The notes below the pieces were generated by a model. The model was not told where the DNA came from and did no database searches. It saw only the letters and a list, made by a program, of their open reading frames with translations. A DNA stretch of 64,000 nucleotides, from IMG/VR virus record IMGVR_UViG_3300042471_001635. One strand, written 5' to 3'. The position numbers and the translations under genes were made by a program. The stretch is from a virus (lineage: Duplodnaviria; Heunggongvirae; Uroviricota; Caudoviricetes). Of the stretch, positions 11,401-21,680 are shown in pieces (position 1 is the stretch's first letter; each line of letters starts with the position of its first letter).

Positions 11401-13650
11401 ATGGGTTACGTAATTAAAAATACATCTGGTTTAATTAACACAAGATTGACTGACGTTGGAAGAAGACAAATCTCCCAAGGAAGTTTCAATATTTCTTATT
11501 TTCAAATTGGAGATAGTGAAGTTTGTTACACCGCAGCTACGAATTACAATCAGGTTAACAACAACATCTTAATGCCTTCTTTTGATGCTCAAAATAACAC
11601 AGGTTATCCAGAAGCAAACAAAGAGAATATCAAATACCCATATTATGTTTCAGGTGGACAGGGTGGTACATTTGGAATACCATTCATGGCTAGTGATTAC
11701 CAATTGGTTTACAACAGTGCCGGTTTAAAAGGATTTTTCAACACGGGCTCAACCACACCTTGGGTTGCTCAGATAAGTACAGCTTACACAATAACCTCCA
11801 ATTATGTTGTAGATATGTCTACATGTTCAGGTCAGACTTCAATTTCAATTGAACTTGACCCTACTATTTGTGCGACCACAACAGGAACACCTTCAATAGG
11901 TGATTTTATAACAATTTTCTTTGACGGAGTGGGTAGTTGTCAAGATGTTAACAATGTGCCAATATTGACTTACAAGATTATCAATTTATCACCGTCAGTT
12001 GGAACTACAAGTCAGAGCCCTTGGGTTGTTACATTAGATAGAGAGGTCCCTAATTATACTGCACTTACATCAGGAAGTTATGCGAGAACACTAATTTACC
12101 CTTCGGGTATGACTGTTCTTTATGATTTTATTACACCAGCACCTTATTGGCAAACTGATACCTTGAATTTTGAATCTCCGTGTGATGTGACTAATAGAGA
12201 AAATACTTTGATTTGGAATATGAATATTCCTTGGTCAGAGAGTCCAGCGGGAGTGTTTTCAAACACGGTACAGGGGTATCAATATTACGATTCAATTTCT
12301 TATTTAGGTTCAAAAGAATATTTGGGATATTCAACACAATCAGGTCAAACATTTGAAATTTCCACCACAAGAGCAAACGAACTAACTGACACATATTATT
12401 ATAATTCCTATGGTGAAGAGGTTAAAGTATACCCAAATCAACAGAAAGCCATTGCAATAATCCATTACACAAATCAAGATATTGATTTTGTCTATGGTGA
12501 AAAGTTTGCTACAGTTCCTTTTGACCCACAAAACCCAACAGACGATACAGGACTTGCTCGTCATTTCAAACTTTATATTCCAACATTGATGTGGCATAAA
12601 TCGACAGGAGCTACAATCGGTCAGACTTTCATGATTGACCCACCGAATTATGATTTGTGTAAACCACATTATATGAAGTCTACCAAAAACCTGAGAATGA
12701 ATGAACCAGGTATGAGGTATTTCCAACTTTGGGATTTAAATCCAGATGCTAATAATAATTTGAACAGGGTAGGTAAAGTTTTCCCTGACCAACAAATTAT
12801 TGTAATCGATGATGAAGAGATTGTTGCTGCGTTATCTAACAAGTCTAATAGAAATTGGACCCTTACAGCCCCAAAAGTAAGTGCAGTTGTTCCAAATGTT
12901 TGTAGTACAAATAATAATCTTCCTTTGTTTACACAGGCCTCAGATACAATTTGGCTGTCATATAGATTAGACTCAAATTCAAGTGGTTTTACAAATTCAT
13001 TACATTGTAACTACTACTCCAAGGTAAATGCGCCAAGTAACACTACGGCAACAAATTGTTATAATTTGGCTGTTCAATTTGGAAACGAATTTCCCTATTT
13101 GAACTCAAATTGGAGTTCTACTAACGTCACAGGTTTTAGTGCAAACTCAATCAAATTATTGGTTCAGAAAGTAAGTGGAGATACAAAACCTTCACAAACT
13201 GAATGGAGAGAAATCGACGTTACTTCAGATATTTCAAGTACGTTGTTGAACGGATACTTAACCGTAAGTGGAATAACAGGAAACACTTTCCAAATAGACG
13301 GTACAACTTTTGACAATGCGGCTCCTAACACCTACAACCTTTCCAATTATATCGATATTCCCTTACTTGGTGCAACAGGACCAACTTTAAACTTTGGTGG
13401 TGAGTATTATTTTTACGGGAGTTTGGAAACTGATATTGCGGCAACTATCTACGAAATGAAATATCTTGTGAATTTGGGTAGAAACCAATTTACAAATACT
13501 TCGAACCCTACATGGATGTCAGGGACAACATCTTATGTCACCGAAATTGGTCTTTACGATTCAAATTATAATCTTATAGTTATATCTAAACTACAATCTC
13601 CTGAGAAAAGACAAGGTGTTCAGCAGTATGTAGTTAAATTAGATTTCTAA
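11401..13650 (+). CDS. Large hypothetical structural protein (possible tail-fibre/baseplate component)
   Basis: 749 aa, Ser/Thr/Asn-rich, beta-rich composition, sits between fibre genes. Confidence 0.65.
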   Translation: MGYVIKNTSGLINTRLTDVGRRQISQGSFNISYFQIGDSEVCYTAATNYNQVNNNILMPSFDAQNNTGYPEANKENIKYPYYVSGGQGGTFGIPFMASDYQLVYNSAGLKGFFNTGSTTPWVAQISTAYTITSNYVVDMSTCSGQTSISIELDPTICATTTGTPSIGDFITIFFDGVGSCQDVNNVPILTYKIINLSPSVGTTSQSPWVVTLDREVPNYTALTSGSYARTLIYPSGMTVLYDFITPAPYWQTDTLNFESPCDVTNRENTLIWNMNIPWSESPAGVFSNTVQGYQYYDSISYLGSKEYLGYSTQSGQTFEISTTRANELTDTYYYNSYGEEVKVYPNQQKAIAIIHYTNQDIDFVYGEKFATVPFDPQNPTDDTGLARHFKLYIPTLMWHKSTGATIGQTFMIDPPNYDLCKPHYMKSTKNLRMNEPGMRYFQLWDLNPDANNNLNRVGKVFPDQQIIVIDDEEIVAALSNKSNRNWTLTAPKVSAVVPNVCSTNNNLPLFTQASDTIWLSYRLDSNSSGFTNSLHCNYYSKVNAPSNTTATNCYNLAVQFGNEFPYLNSNWSSTNVTGFSANSIKLLVQKVSGDTKPSQTEWREIDVTSDISSTLLNGYLTVSGITGNTFQIDGTTFDNAAPNTYNLSNYIDIPLLGATGPTLNFGGEYYFYGSLETDIAATIYEMKYLVNLGRNQFTNTSNPTWMSGTTSYVTEIGLYDSNYNLIVISKLQSPEKRQGVQQYVVKLDF

Positions 13651-13652
13651 TT

Positions 13653-14255
13653 ATGGGACGTAAACAAATCAAAGAGGATTCACCGAAGGTCCTCGGTCTA
13701 GATATTTCCACAAAAACAATCGGATGGGCACTTTTCGATATCGGGACAAAAAATTTATTGGAACTCACCCATGTTTCTCCAAGACCGAAAGATGTTGAAA
13801 ATAAAATTGAGGAATTAATTCTCAAAGCAATTATTTTTAGAAACAAGTTGGAACAATACGTTGGACTTGGAATACAAAAGGTTGTAATCGAAGAACCGTT
13901 ACTTAACTCAAATAACATTTGGACCGTAAGCACACTTATGAGATATAATACTCTGATTTGCAAAGAAGTGTATGATGTTTTGGGTATAGTTCCTGAATTT
14001 ATTTCAACTTATAACTCAAGAAAATTTGCATTCCCGCACTTGGTTCAAAAAAATGAAAAAGGAAAGTTTGTATTATTTGGCGGTTTTTCAAAAGACATAG
14101 ACAAAAAAGTTGTAATTTGGGAACTTGTTGCAAAAAGGGAACCACAAATAACTTGGCAATACACCAAAAATAATACCCTGAAAAAAGAAAATTACGACCA
14201 AACAGATGCCTATTGTGCAGTCTTAGGATACATGAAATCACAAGACCTTTGGTAA
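13653..14255 (+). CDS. RuvC-like Holliday-junction resolvase
   Basis: 200 aa; N-terminal VLGLDISTKTIGWALFD (RuvC first-Asp motif) and C-terminal DAYCAVLGY. Confidence 0.5.
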   Translation: MGRKQIKEDSPKVLGLDISTKTIGWALFDIGTKNLLELTHVSPRPKDVENKIEELILKAIIFRNKLEQYVGLGIQKVVIEEPLLNSNNIWTVSTLMRYNTLICKEVYDVLGIVPEFISTYNSRKFAFPHLVQKNEKGKFVLFGGFSKDIDKKVVIWELVAKREPQITWQYTKNNTLKKENYDQTDAYCAVLGYMKSQDLW

Positions 14256-14262
14256 AATTTTT

Positions 14263-14293
14263 TTTGTGAATTACAAAACATATCTTATCTTTG
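14263..14293 (+). promoter_or_regulatory. Bacteroidetes-type promoter (-33 TTTG, 19-nt spacer, -7 TAtcTTTG) ending 4 nt before the ATG
   Basis: tttg(14263-66)...tatctttg(14286-93) then taat ATG(14298). Confidence 0.45.
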
Positions 14294-14297
14294 TAAT

Positions 14298-14687
14298 ATG
14301 TTAAGATGTGAAAAATCAAACGAAACTCAATTTCTCAAGTCAAAAATTCTGAAGTTTTCTCAAGAATTGAAAATCAAGGAACAAAACATTGAAGGAAAAA
14401 TTTTTATTGAAAACCTCAGATTTTACAAGACCTCTTTTTCTTACAACTCAAAATTTCCTTACACTTTAGAGGTAGACGTTTCTTTCCAAGGAAAAATCAG
14501 AGCAAGAGGAACTTCAAAAGGTTTGGAGTGGTTTTCTTCCAAAATTTTAACCCAAAATGGATTTTCTAAAATCAAAATCAATAGATTTATAAGAAAATCT
14601 ATTGTAGACAAAATACAAAACCGCCTATCATATTTTGGTTTAGGATTGAATGGTTACTATGAAATAAAAAGAATAAATTGGAAATAA
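14298..14687 (+). CDS. Hypothetical protein
   Basis: 129 aa ORF, own promoter-like element. Confidence 0.5.
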   Translation: MLRCEKSNETQFLKSKILKFSQELKIKEQNIEGKIFIENLRFYKTSFSYNSKFPYTLEVDVSFQGKIRARGTSKGLEWFSSKILTQNGFSKIKINRFIRKSIVDKIQNRLSYFGLGLNGYYEIKRINWK

Positions 14688-14688
14688 T

Positions 14689-14874
14689 ATGGAAATTTTG
14701 AAACTTGTTGGAATTGTTTGGCTATGTTTACTATTCTTGACCTGTTTAGGAATGGTCGTTGGTGTAATAATTGAGAGAAAGGTCGATGAGTCCCACCCAA
14801 TAAAAAAATGGTGGAGGAAACATATTTTGGCTCCTGACCCTGACGATAATAATTGGAAAAACTTTGCGGGTTAA
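14689..14874 (+). CDS. Small membrane protein
   Basis: 61 aa, hydrophobic N-terminus LVGIVWLCLLFLTCLGMVVGVII. Confidence 0.4.
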   Translation: MEILKLVGIVWLCLLFLTCLGMVVGVIIERKVDESHPIKKWWRKHILAPDPDDNNWKNFAG

Positions 14875-15788
14875 TGCAAGACGAAGTAGAAGTACTTATT
14901 GAACTTTTGAGTGATGTTTTAGGAGACCCCAAAAATCACTATGAATCGAAAGCACAAATCTCATTCGATTGTCCTGTCTGTGCGGCAGAAAAAGGATTGG
15001 AAAACGGTGATGGTAAAGGGAACTTCGAAGTCAATTATTCAAGGCACGTTTACAAGTGTTGGGCTTGTGGAGATACATTAGGAACACACGGACCACTAGG
15101 TAAATTGTTTGACAAGTGGGGAACCAAGAAACAGAAAAAACTTTACGATTTAGTTAAACCCGAAGAACTCAAAATCGAAGACAAAAAGAAAGTTTATCTA
15201 AGACTTCCCGAAGGTTACACCCAATTCAAAGATTCAAATTCAAGATTTATTCCTCACAGAGAGGCTCACAGTTATTTAAAGGACAGAGGAATTACCGATG
15301 AGATGATTGAGAAATATAAAATTGGATATACTGTCAAAGGGGATTTTGCATACAGAGTTATTGTTCCTTCCTATAACTCCCAAGGTAATTTGAATTATTT
15401 TGTTGCGAGGGCTTGGGTTCCCAAAAAAATGAAATACAAAAACCCAACCGCTCAAAAAGACGAGATTATTTTCAATGAAGGTTTAATTGATTGGAGTAAA
15501 GATATCTTTCTTTGTGAAGGTGTCTTTGATAGTTTTTTCTTAGACAATCCTTTGGTCATGCTCGGTAAGAAGTTATCAAAACTAGCATTTACTACAATTT
15601 ACGAGAAGGCTCAGGGAAATATAATTGTCTGCACGGATGGGGATGCTTGGGAAGATGGTTTGAAGATTTATCACGAACTGAACGGTGGAAGGCTCTATAA
15701 CAAAATTAAAATTGTTAAATTGCCAAAAGATAAGGATATTTGTGACTTGAAAGGAAACATTTCCGAATTTTATCACGAAATAAAATAA
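14853..15788 (+). CDS. DNA primase (T4 gp61-like; zinc ribbon + TOPRIM)
   Basis: CPVCAAEKG...CWACGD zinc ribbon; TOPRIM-like LCEGVFDSFF and CTDGDAWEDG; start probably the ATG at 14874 overlapping the upstream stop (TAATG). Confidence 0.65.
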   Translation: MEKLCGLMQDEVEVLIELLSDVLGDPKNHYESKAQISFDCPVCAAEKGLENGDGKGNFEVNYSRHVYKCWACGDTLGTHGPLGKLFDKWGTKKQKKLYDLVKPEELKIEDKKKVYLRLPEGYTQFKDSNSRFIPHREAHSYLKDRGITDEMIEKYKIGYTVKGDFAYRVIVPSYNSQGNLNYFVARAWVPKKMKYKNPTAQKDEIIFNEGLIDWSKDIFLCEGVFDSFFLDNPLVMLGKKLSKLAFTTIYEKAQGNIIVCTDGDAWEDGLKIYHELNGGRLYNKIKIVKLPKDKDICDLKGNISEFYHEIK

Positions 15789-15791
15789 TAC

Positions 15792-16634
15792 ATGGACTTA
15801 AAACTTGTTGCTTCTGAGATTAGAGAATTAATCAAAAAACGTCAAGACGAATTAGGATTAGTTTTCGAAGAGGAAAAACACATCTATACTATGAATGGTC
15901 GTAGGGACTATCCATCAGTTTCCAAAGTTTTGAAAAAATTCTATAAGGCATTTCCCACTGAAGAAGCCGCTTATAACAAAGCAGGTGGTGACCCTGAAAG
16001 ACAAAAACAATTGATGGAAGAATGGGCGGCTGCGGGTAGTTATTCAACTAACCTTGGAAGTAGAGTTCACTTTGTTTTAGAAGATGAGGTTGTCAAAAAA
16101 AATGGTTCCTACAAAGATTTAAGAAAACCAATTTTTGATTGTGACTTAACCCAATTAATGACAAGCGATAAAATGATTGTTGCCGGTAAAAGATATTTGG
16201 AGTTACTTGAGCAGAGAAAGGTTGTTTTATTAGATACTGAAATGGTTTTAGGTGACCCTGACCTTGGATATACAGGTCAACCCGATAAGGTATGGTTGAC
16301 GATGAATAAGGCGGGAACTGAATTCGGGTTTTTAATTACTGATTGGAAAACAAACAAACCCAAAAACTTCCAAGAGACCTCTTATACTGAAAGAATGTAT
16401 AAACCTTTTGATAGTTTACCGAACACAGCTTTAGGACACTATTACGTCCAATTACCTCTATATGGTAAACTATTGGTAAAGATGCTTCAAGGTACAAAGT
16501 ATGAGAATTTAAAACTCTATGGATGTATTATTGCACATTTGAGAGAAGATACACAGTTCGAAGAATTCAGAGTTCCAAAAAATGTTATTGATACTGTAAT
16601 GAATATGGACGTAAGTAAGTACATTAAGAAGTAA
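15792..16634 (+). CDS. Hypothetical protein (possible PD-(D/E)XK-like nuclease)
   Basis: 280 aa; D...GQPDKVWL...ITDWKTNK weakly suggests D-(E/D)xK. Confidence 0.5.
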   Translation: MDLKLVASEIRELIKKRQDELGLVFEEEKHIYTMNGRRDYPSVSKVLKKFYKAFPTEEAAYNKAGGDPERQKQLMEEWAAAGSYSTNLGSRVHFVLEDEVVKKNGSYKDLRKPIFDCDLTQLMTSDKMIVAGKRYLELLEQRKVVLLDTEMVLGDPDLGYTGQPDKVWLTMNKAGTEFGFLITDWKTNKPKNFQETSYTERMYKPFDSLPNTALGHYYVQLPLYGKLLVKMLQGTKYENLKLYGCIIAHLREDTQFEEFRVPKNVIDTVMNMDVSKYIKK

Positions 16635-16684
16635 CTCAGTTGAATTTGGTGTAAATTTTTACTATATTTAAACAAACTATTTTT

Positions 16685-16927
16685 ATGGACCAACAAGACT
16701 TATTGGCACCAAGGATTAACATCCGAGAGTGTCCCACAATTAAATGTGAGAAATGCGGAAGTGTATATTTCAAAGAAGCCCTTTACCTCAAATGGGTTTC
16801 AAAACTTCAAGGAGCGTCTCATGACCAGCCAGTTCCCTTTCCCGTTTATATGTGTATTGAGTGTAATCATGTAAACAAAGGGTTCAACCCATTAGAAGAA
16901 GAAAAAATTGTAGAAAGTGATAAATAA
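16685..16927 (+). CDS. Zinc-ribbon protein
   Basis: 80 aa with two CxxC pairs (CEKCGS...CIECNH). Confidence 0.5.
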   Translation: MDQQDLLAPRINIRECPTIKCEKCGSVYFKEALYLKWVSKLQGASHDQPVPFPVYMCIECNHVNKGFNPLEEEKIVESDK

Positions 16928-17696
16928 ATTAGTCCACTTTTCTGACTTACATATAAGGCTCTTCAAGGACCATGATTTGTATAAAAAAGTCCTCGAACAG
17001 GCACTACATGAGTGGAAGTCTATCAAACCAGATAGGATTGTCTTCACAGGTGATTTGGTTCATTCGAAAAATCAAATGACACCTGAACTCATTGAGTTTG
17101 TTGCATGGATTTTGACCGAGTGTTCCAAAATAACAAAAACGATAGTTATCATAGGAAACCACGATTTTTTGGAAAATAACACATCGAGGTTGGATGCTTT
17201 AACACCAATTATAGAATCCCTAAAAAATGAAAATATAGTTTACTACAAAGAAAGAGGTGTATATGAAGATGACAACATCAACTGGTGTGTTTTTTCCTTG
17301 ATGGACCATAATGTTCCCCCACAAATTATTAAGTCTGATAAGTTAAACATAGGTCTTTTTCATGGACCAGTACAAGGACTTTATACAGATATCGGATACA
17401 AATTTGAAGAAGGATTTGATGTTAATAAATTCAAGGGGTGCGATTTAGTCCTGTGTGGTGATATTCACAAAAGACAAATTTTTGATATACCTAGTGGTAA
17501 GAAGGCTTATATGGTCGGTTCTACTATTCAACAGAATTTTGGTGAGACCGTTAGAAAACACGGATATGGAGTTTATCAGATTGATAAGGACCAATATGAC
17601 TTTGTAGATTTACCAAACCCCAAACCATTCCTTTCATTTTATATAAACTCAATAGATTGTCTTGTTGAAGGAACTGAAAAGTTAATCAACTTCTAA
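16917..17696 (+). CDS. SbcD/Mre11-like phosphoesterase nuclease subunit (gp47-like)
   Basis: HFSDLH, FTGDLVHS, GNHDF, LCGDIH calcineurin-like phosphoesterase motifs. Confidence 0.7.
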   Translation: MINKLVHFSDLHIRLFKDHDLYKKVLEQALHEWKSIKPDRIVFTGDLVHSKNQMTPELIEFVAWILTECSKITKTIVIIGNHDFLENNTSRLDALTPIIESLKNENIVYYKERGVYEDDNINWCVFSLMDHNVPPQIIKSDKLNIGLFHGPVQGLYTDIGYKFEEGFDVNKFKGCDLVLCGDIHKRQIFDIPSGKKAYMVGSTIQQNFGETVRKHGYGVYQIDKDQYDFVDLPNPKPFLSFYINSIDCLVEGTEKLINF

Positions 17697-17697
17697 A

Positions 17698-18513
17698 ATG
17701 GAAGTAAAACTCAAACTTACGACTGAAGAACACAAGGATTTAGTTGCATATTGTAATCTAAATGACCTTCTTATAAGTTCAGTTGTCAAGGATTCCTTTA
17801 CAACTGGATTTAACATAGAAAGGTATGGTCTTTTGAATGCTAGTCCTCAAGTCAAAGAGAAGATTGTTGAGAAGGAAGTGGTGAAATATGTCGAGGTACC
17901 GAAAATAGAGGAAAGAGAGATTGTAAAAATCGAGTATGTTGAGGTTGAAAAACCTGTAGAAGTTGTTAAGGAAGTCTCAGTCGAAAAAGTTGTAGAGGTG
18001 ATAAAAGAGGTTCCCGTAGACAGAGTGGTAGAGAAAGTTGTAGAAATCATAAAAGAAGTACCCGTTGAAAAAGTTGTGGTTCAAGAGGTTGTGAAAGAAG
18101 TACCGGTTGAAAAAGTTGTAGAAAAAATAGTTAAAGTTTCCGATGACACACAAATTAACGAGTTGTTATCAAAAATACAACAGCTTGAAAACCAACCTCC
18201 GAAGGTGGTGGAGGTTATTAAAGAAATACCCGTGGAGAAAGTTGTGGTACACGAAAAAAGGGTGGAAGTACCAGTTGAAAAAATCGTCGAAGTCGTAAAA
18301 GAAGTGATTGTTGAAAAGGAGACTGTGGGTGTAGACAAAAATAAATTCGATGCACTTCAACAAACGGTTATGAAACTCAGACAGGAAACTTTGGAGAAAG
18401 ACCGTCTGATTAAAGAATATCAAAAAACAATTGAAGATATTCAAAAGTTTCAAGATAACAAACAAGCCGCCTTTATGAAAGGTTCCAATTTGGATGATAA
18501 ACTTTATAAATAA
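17698..18513 (+). CDS. Charged tandem-repeat protein (KEVPVEKVV-type repeats) with C-terminal coiled coil
   Basis: 271 aa; about ten reiterations of (V)EKVVEVIKEVPV. Confidence 0.6.
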   Translation: MEVKLKLTTEEHKDLVAYCNLNDLLISSVVKDSFTTGFNIERYGLLNASPQVKEKIVEKEVVKYVEVPKIEEREIVKIEYVEVEKPVEVVKEVSVEKVVEVIKEVPVDRVVEKVVEIIKEVPVEKVVVQEVVKEVPVEKVVEKIVKVSDDTQINELLSKIQQLENQPPKVVEVIKEIPVEKVVVHEKRVEVPVEKIVEVVKEVIVEKETVGVDKNKFDALQQTVMKLRQETLEKDRLIKEYQKTIEDIQKFQDNKQAAFMKGSNLDDKLYK

Positions 18514-18518
18514 AACAA

Positions 18519-18866
18519 ATGACACAATTATTTTTATGGATGGTAATGGCTTATGGATTGAGCAACATCCTCGTTTACGGAAGTATTTTTAACAGACCAA
18601 GAACTTACATCTTTAATGAAGCCGAACACGGCAAAGGTCTATTTAATGGATTATACGTATTTTTAGCGGACATGCTAAAATGTATGATGTGCACACCAAC
18701 TTGGGTTGGATTTTTCTTCGGAATTTTCTTATATTCTCCTACGAGTGAGATTCTTTTGGTTACACCTTGGGTTTCTTGGTTTTTCGACGGAATGCTTGCT
18801 TCAGGCTCAACATGGGCAATAAACTCAATTATAGAATGGTTTGAAACAAACAGACCAAAAAATTAA
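18519..18866 (+). CDS. Hypothetical membrane protein
   Basis: 115 aa, several hydrophobic segments. Confidence 0.45.
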   Translation: MTQLFLWMVMAYGLSNILVYGSIFNRPRTYIFNEAEHGKGLFNGLYVFLADMLKCMMCTPTWVGFFFGIFLYSPTSEILLVTPWVSWFFDGMLASGSTWAINSIIEWFETNRPKN

Positions 18867-18871
18867 AAATT

Positions 18872-19072
18872 ATGATAGTAGACGCAGAATTCAAATTGAC
18901 CATTAAAATTAATGATATGGTCGTATCAAACAACATTTCAGGTTTTGAACTCAAAAGCAAAATCATGGAAGAAGGCGAAAAGAGGGTAAGACTTCTCTGT
19001 TCAGGTTTCCTTCAGGACCCTCAAGGGAAAGTAATCCATAAAGACGTGACTTATGTAATTAAAGAAGATTAA
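18872..19072 (+). CDS. Hypothetical protein
   Basis: 66 aa ORF tightly packed in the operon. Confidence 0.4.
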   Translation: MIVDAEFKLTIKINDMVVSNNISGFELKSKIMEEGEKRVRLLCSGFLQDPQGKVIHKDVTYVIKED

Positions 19073-19073
19073 A

Positions 19074-19274
19074 ATGCCACAAAGTAAAAAAAGAGGTGGT
19101 GCCAAGGCCCACAGAAAAAAAGTCAGTTCAAGAAACGAGACTATCAAAAAACAACAAGGTGCAATCCAAAAATTGTTTGAAGAATCTATTAAACTACAAG
19201 TAGAGGAGTTAAAGAAAAAAAATGCAGAATCCTCAGGAAATACGGTCTCAGACGAAGGAGTGGAATCTGTTTAA
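19074..19274 (+). CDS. Small basic protein
   Basis: 66 aa, MPQSKKRGGAKAHRKKVSSRNE. Confidence 0.4.
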   Translation: MPQSKKRGGAKAHRKKVSSRNETIKKQQGAIQKLFEESIKLQVEELKKKNAESSGNTVSDEGVESV

Positions 19275-19302
19275 TCCGAAACCAGAATATAATTATAAAA
19301 AG

Positions 19303-21633
19303 ATGGCTACAAAGCTGGACATTTCTCAATTAGAAAATCCCAATATTCAAGTCATTTGGGAGGATACTGCGGAGAACTTTACACAAGAAAGAATCAAGTC
19401 AGTCAAACAATACTTCTACAAAAAGTATGGTTCAACTAATGTAAACGTTATCACCAAGGTTAAAGTAACTGACGATTCACAGCAAACCATCGACGTGTCC
19501 ATTAACCTTATGGACAAGAACTATCTTAGAGAACTTATTAAAAATCTATTGGAGTCCAAATCACTTGAGAAATATTACGAACAAGTGATGAATATAGATT
19601 TAGCAGTGGAGAACAAAATGACTGCTGAAGAAATTGAAGTATCACCATTCAAAAGGTGGTATATTAAAAAGATAGAGTTCAGTAACTTTTTATCTTATGG
19701 TGAAAATCAAATTTTGGACTTCGAAAAGTGTAATGGAATTTCTGTAGTTGAATCAGACCCACCAAACTTCGGAGGAAAAACAGTTCTAACGGTAGACCTT
19801 CTACTATTTTTATTTTTTAATACCACAACTAAAACTCAAAAAGCTGAGGAAATATTCAACAGATTTACGGACAAAAATAAGGTATCAGTCAGGGGAGAAA
19901 TTCAAATTGATGGTGAGGAATATATAATTGCTCGTCAGATAGAAAGGAAGAAAGCGAAGTCTGGTGAATGGAATGTCAAAACAGAGTTAGATTTCTTCAA
20001 AAAACTTCCAAACGGAGAATTACAAAATTTCACAGGAGAACAAAGAAGAGAAACTGAGAACTTCATCAAAAACTCAATTGGAACAATGGATGACTTTTTG
20101 ATGACTATCTTAACAACGGCATCCAATCTTGAAGACTTACTCGAAGCTAAACCAACAGCAAGAGGACAAGTTTTATCAAGATTTTTGGGTTTGGAATTTT
20201 TGAGAAAGAAAGAAGAGTCTGCAAAAGAAATCTATTCTGATTTTTCAAAATCCATGATGTCCAATGTCTATAATACGGAAACCCTCAAACAAAACAACGA
20301 AGAACATAGTTCGGAGATTGAAACTCTAAACACTCAAATAGAATCAGCTCAAAAAAATATAGTTGACGTTGACAATAGATTGCAGAAAGGACAGGAATAT
20401 AAAGAAAACCTTCTCAAATCCAAGTTCAGTGATTTGGACCAAGAACTTGTCATTTTAAATCCAGCAAAACTCCAAGATGATATTCATTCTTTGGAAACTC
20501 AACAAAATCAAACACAAAAAAGTATTGATGAGATTGAAATCGTTGAACCAAAAGAGTTTTATCATGAAGACAAACATGATGAGATTAAAGAGGAAATGAA
20601 GAGAGTAAACGGTGAATTAGTTCTTGCTCAGAATAAGGTTGAAGAGATTGAACAACTTGTTAAAAAGTTTGGGGACGGCATTCAATGTGAACACTGCGGT
20701 ATCAAACTTATGGAAGCTGCGCTAACCAAGAAGAAGATTGATGAGTTGGGTGATTGGGAAAAGAAAGTTGATAGTTTATCAAAAAAATGGAAGACCCTCG
20801 ACTCCAAAGAAAAATCTTACACAAAAATTAAAAAAGATTTTGATGAGTATGAAAGAAAAAAATTGATTAGAGAAAAGTATGAAATCTCTTTGGAATCAAT
20901 TAAGTTGAAGCTGGAGCAACAAAAATCAAAATTAAAAAAATACGAAGAGGTTCAGGATAAAATAAAGAAGAACAAAGAAATTGAGGCTCAATTAGTCAAA
21001 GCTAATCTTCGAATTGATGAATTAATAATTGAGAAGAGAGATTATGAAAGGGTCCAAACCTCAAACCAAACTCAAATAAAAAATTTACAAAGTCGGATTG
21101 AAAACAATAACGACATCATTTTGAAAATCGCTGAAGAGTTTGAAAAAGAAAAAATATTCAAAATCTACCTCGATGTGTTTGGGAAGAACGGAATATCCAA
21201 AATCATCATGAAAACAATGATGCCAATCATCAATCAAGAACTTCAGTTTCTATTGATGGATTCTTGTTACTTCAATTTGGAAATCAGAATTAATGATAAA
21301 AATGAAGTTGAATTCATTATGATTGACAATTCAACAGGGGTTGAAAAACTAATGACAAGTGGGAGTGGTTACGAAAAAACAATTGCCGCGCTGGCTCTTA
21401 GAGCTGTGTTGACAAAGGTATGTTCTTTACCGAAACCAAATATTATAGCGTTCGATGAGGTTTTCGGAAAAATATCAAATGACAACTTAGATTTGGTTGG
21501 TGAGTTTTTCACCAAATTGAAAAACTATTTCGAGAAAATTTTTGTAATTACACACAACCCAATGGTTAACAATTGGGCAAACAATATCATTAGGATTACA
21601 AAAGTTGACAATATTTCAAAAGTTTCACAATAA
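19303..21633 (+). CDS. SbcC/Rad50-like SMC ATPase (gp46-like recombination nuclease subunit)
   Basis: N-terminal P-loop-like PNFGGKTVLT, long coiled-coil middle, C-terminal Walker B/D-loop IIAFDEVFGK...FVITHN; alternative start 19222. Confidence 0.6.
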   Translation: MATKLDISQLENPNIQVIWEDTAENFTQERIKSVKQYFYKKYGSTNVNVITKVKVTDDSQQTIDVSINLMDKNYLRELIKNLLESKSLEKYYEQVMNIDLAVENKMTAEEIEVSPFKRWYIKKIEFSNFLSYGENQILDFEKCNGISVVESDPPNFGGKTVLTVDLLLFLFFNTTTKTQKAEEIFNRFTDKNKVSVRGEIQIDGEEYIIARQIERKKAKSGEWNVKTELDFFKKLPNGELQNFTGEQRRETENFIKNSIGTMDDFLMTILTTASNLEDLLEAKPTARGQVLSRFLGLEFLRKKEESAKEIYSDFSKSMMSNVYNTETLKQNNEEHSSEIETLNTQIESAQKNIVDVDNRLQKGQEYKENLLKSKFSDLDQELVILNPAKLQDDIHSLETQQNQTQKSIDEIEIVEPKEFYHEDKHDEIKEEMKRVNGELVLAQNKVEEIEQLVKKFGDGIQCEHCGIKLMEAALTKKKIDELGDWEKKVDSLSKKWKTLDSKEKSYTKIKKDFDEYERKKLIREKYEISLESIKLKLEQQKSKLKKYEEVQDKIKKNKEIEAQLVKANLRIDELIIEKRDYERVQTSNQTQIKNLQSRIENNNDIILKIAEEFEKEKIFKIYLDVFGKNGISKIIMKTMMPIINQELQFLLMDSCYFNLEIRINDKNEVEFIMIDNSTGVEKLMTSGSGYEKTIAALALRAVLTKVCSLPKPNIIAFDEVFGKISNDNLDLVGEFFTKLKNYFEKIFVITHNPMVNNWANNIIRITKVDNISKVSQ

Positions 21634-21657
21634 TTAATTTTTTCAATTTAATTACCC

Positions 21658-21680
21658 TACATTTGCATCATGCAAATCTT
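21658..21680 (+). promoter_or_regulatory. -7-like TAcaTTTG plus 8-bp inverted repeat (atttgcat c atgcaaat) overlapping the start codon
   Basis: tacatttg then catc ATG; palindrome centred at 21669. Confidence 0.35.

Noticed and set aside
17847-18525. Antisense ORFs (17847-18050, 18081-18338, 18169-18525) within the KEVPVEKVV repeat gene
   Set aside because: S/T/F-rich low-complexity translations generated by the repeat; the sense ORF is continuous from a sensible start to the next gene
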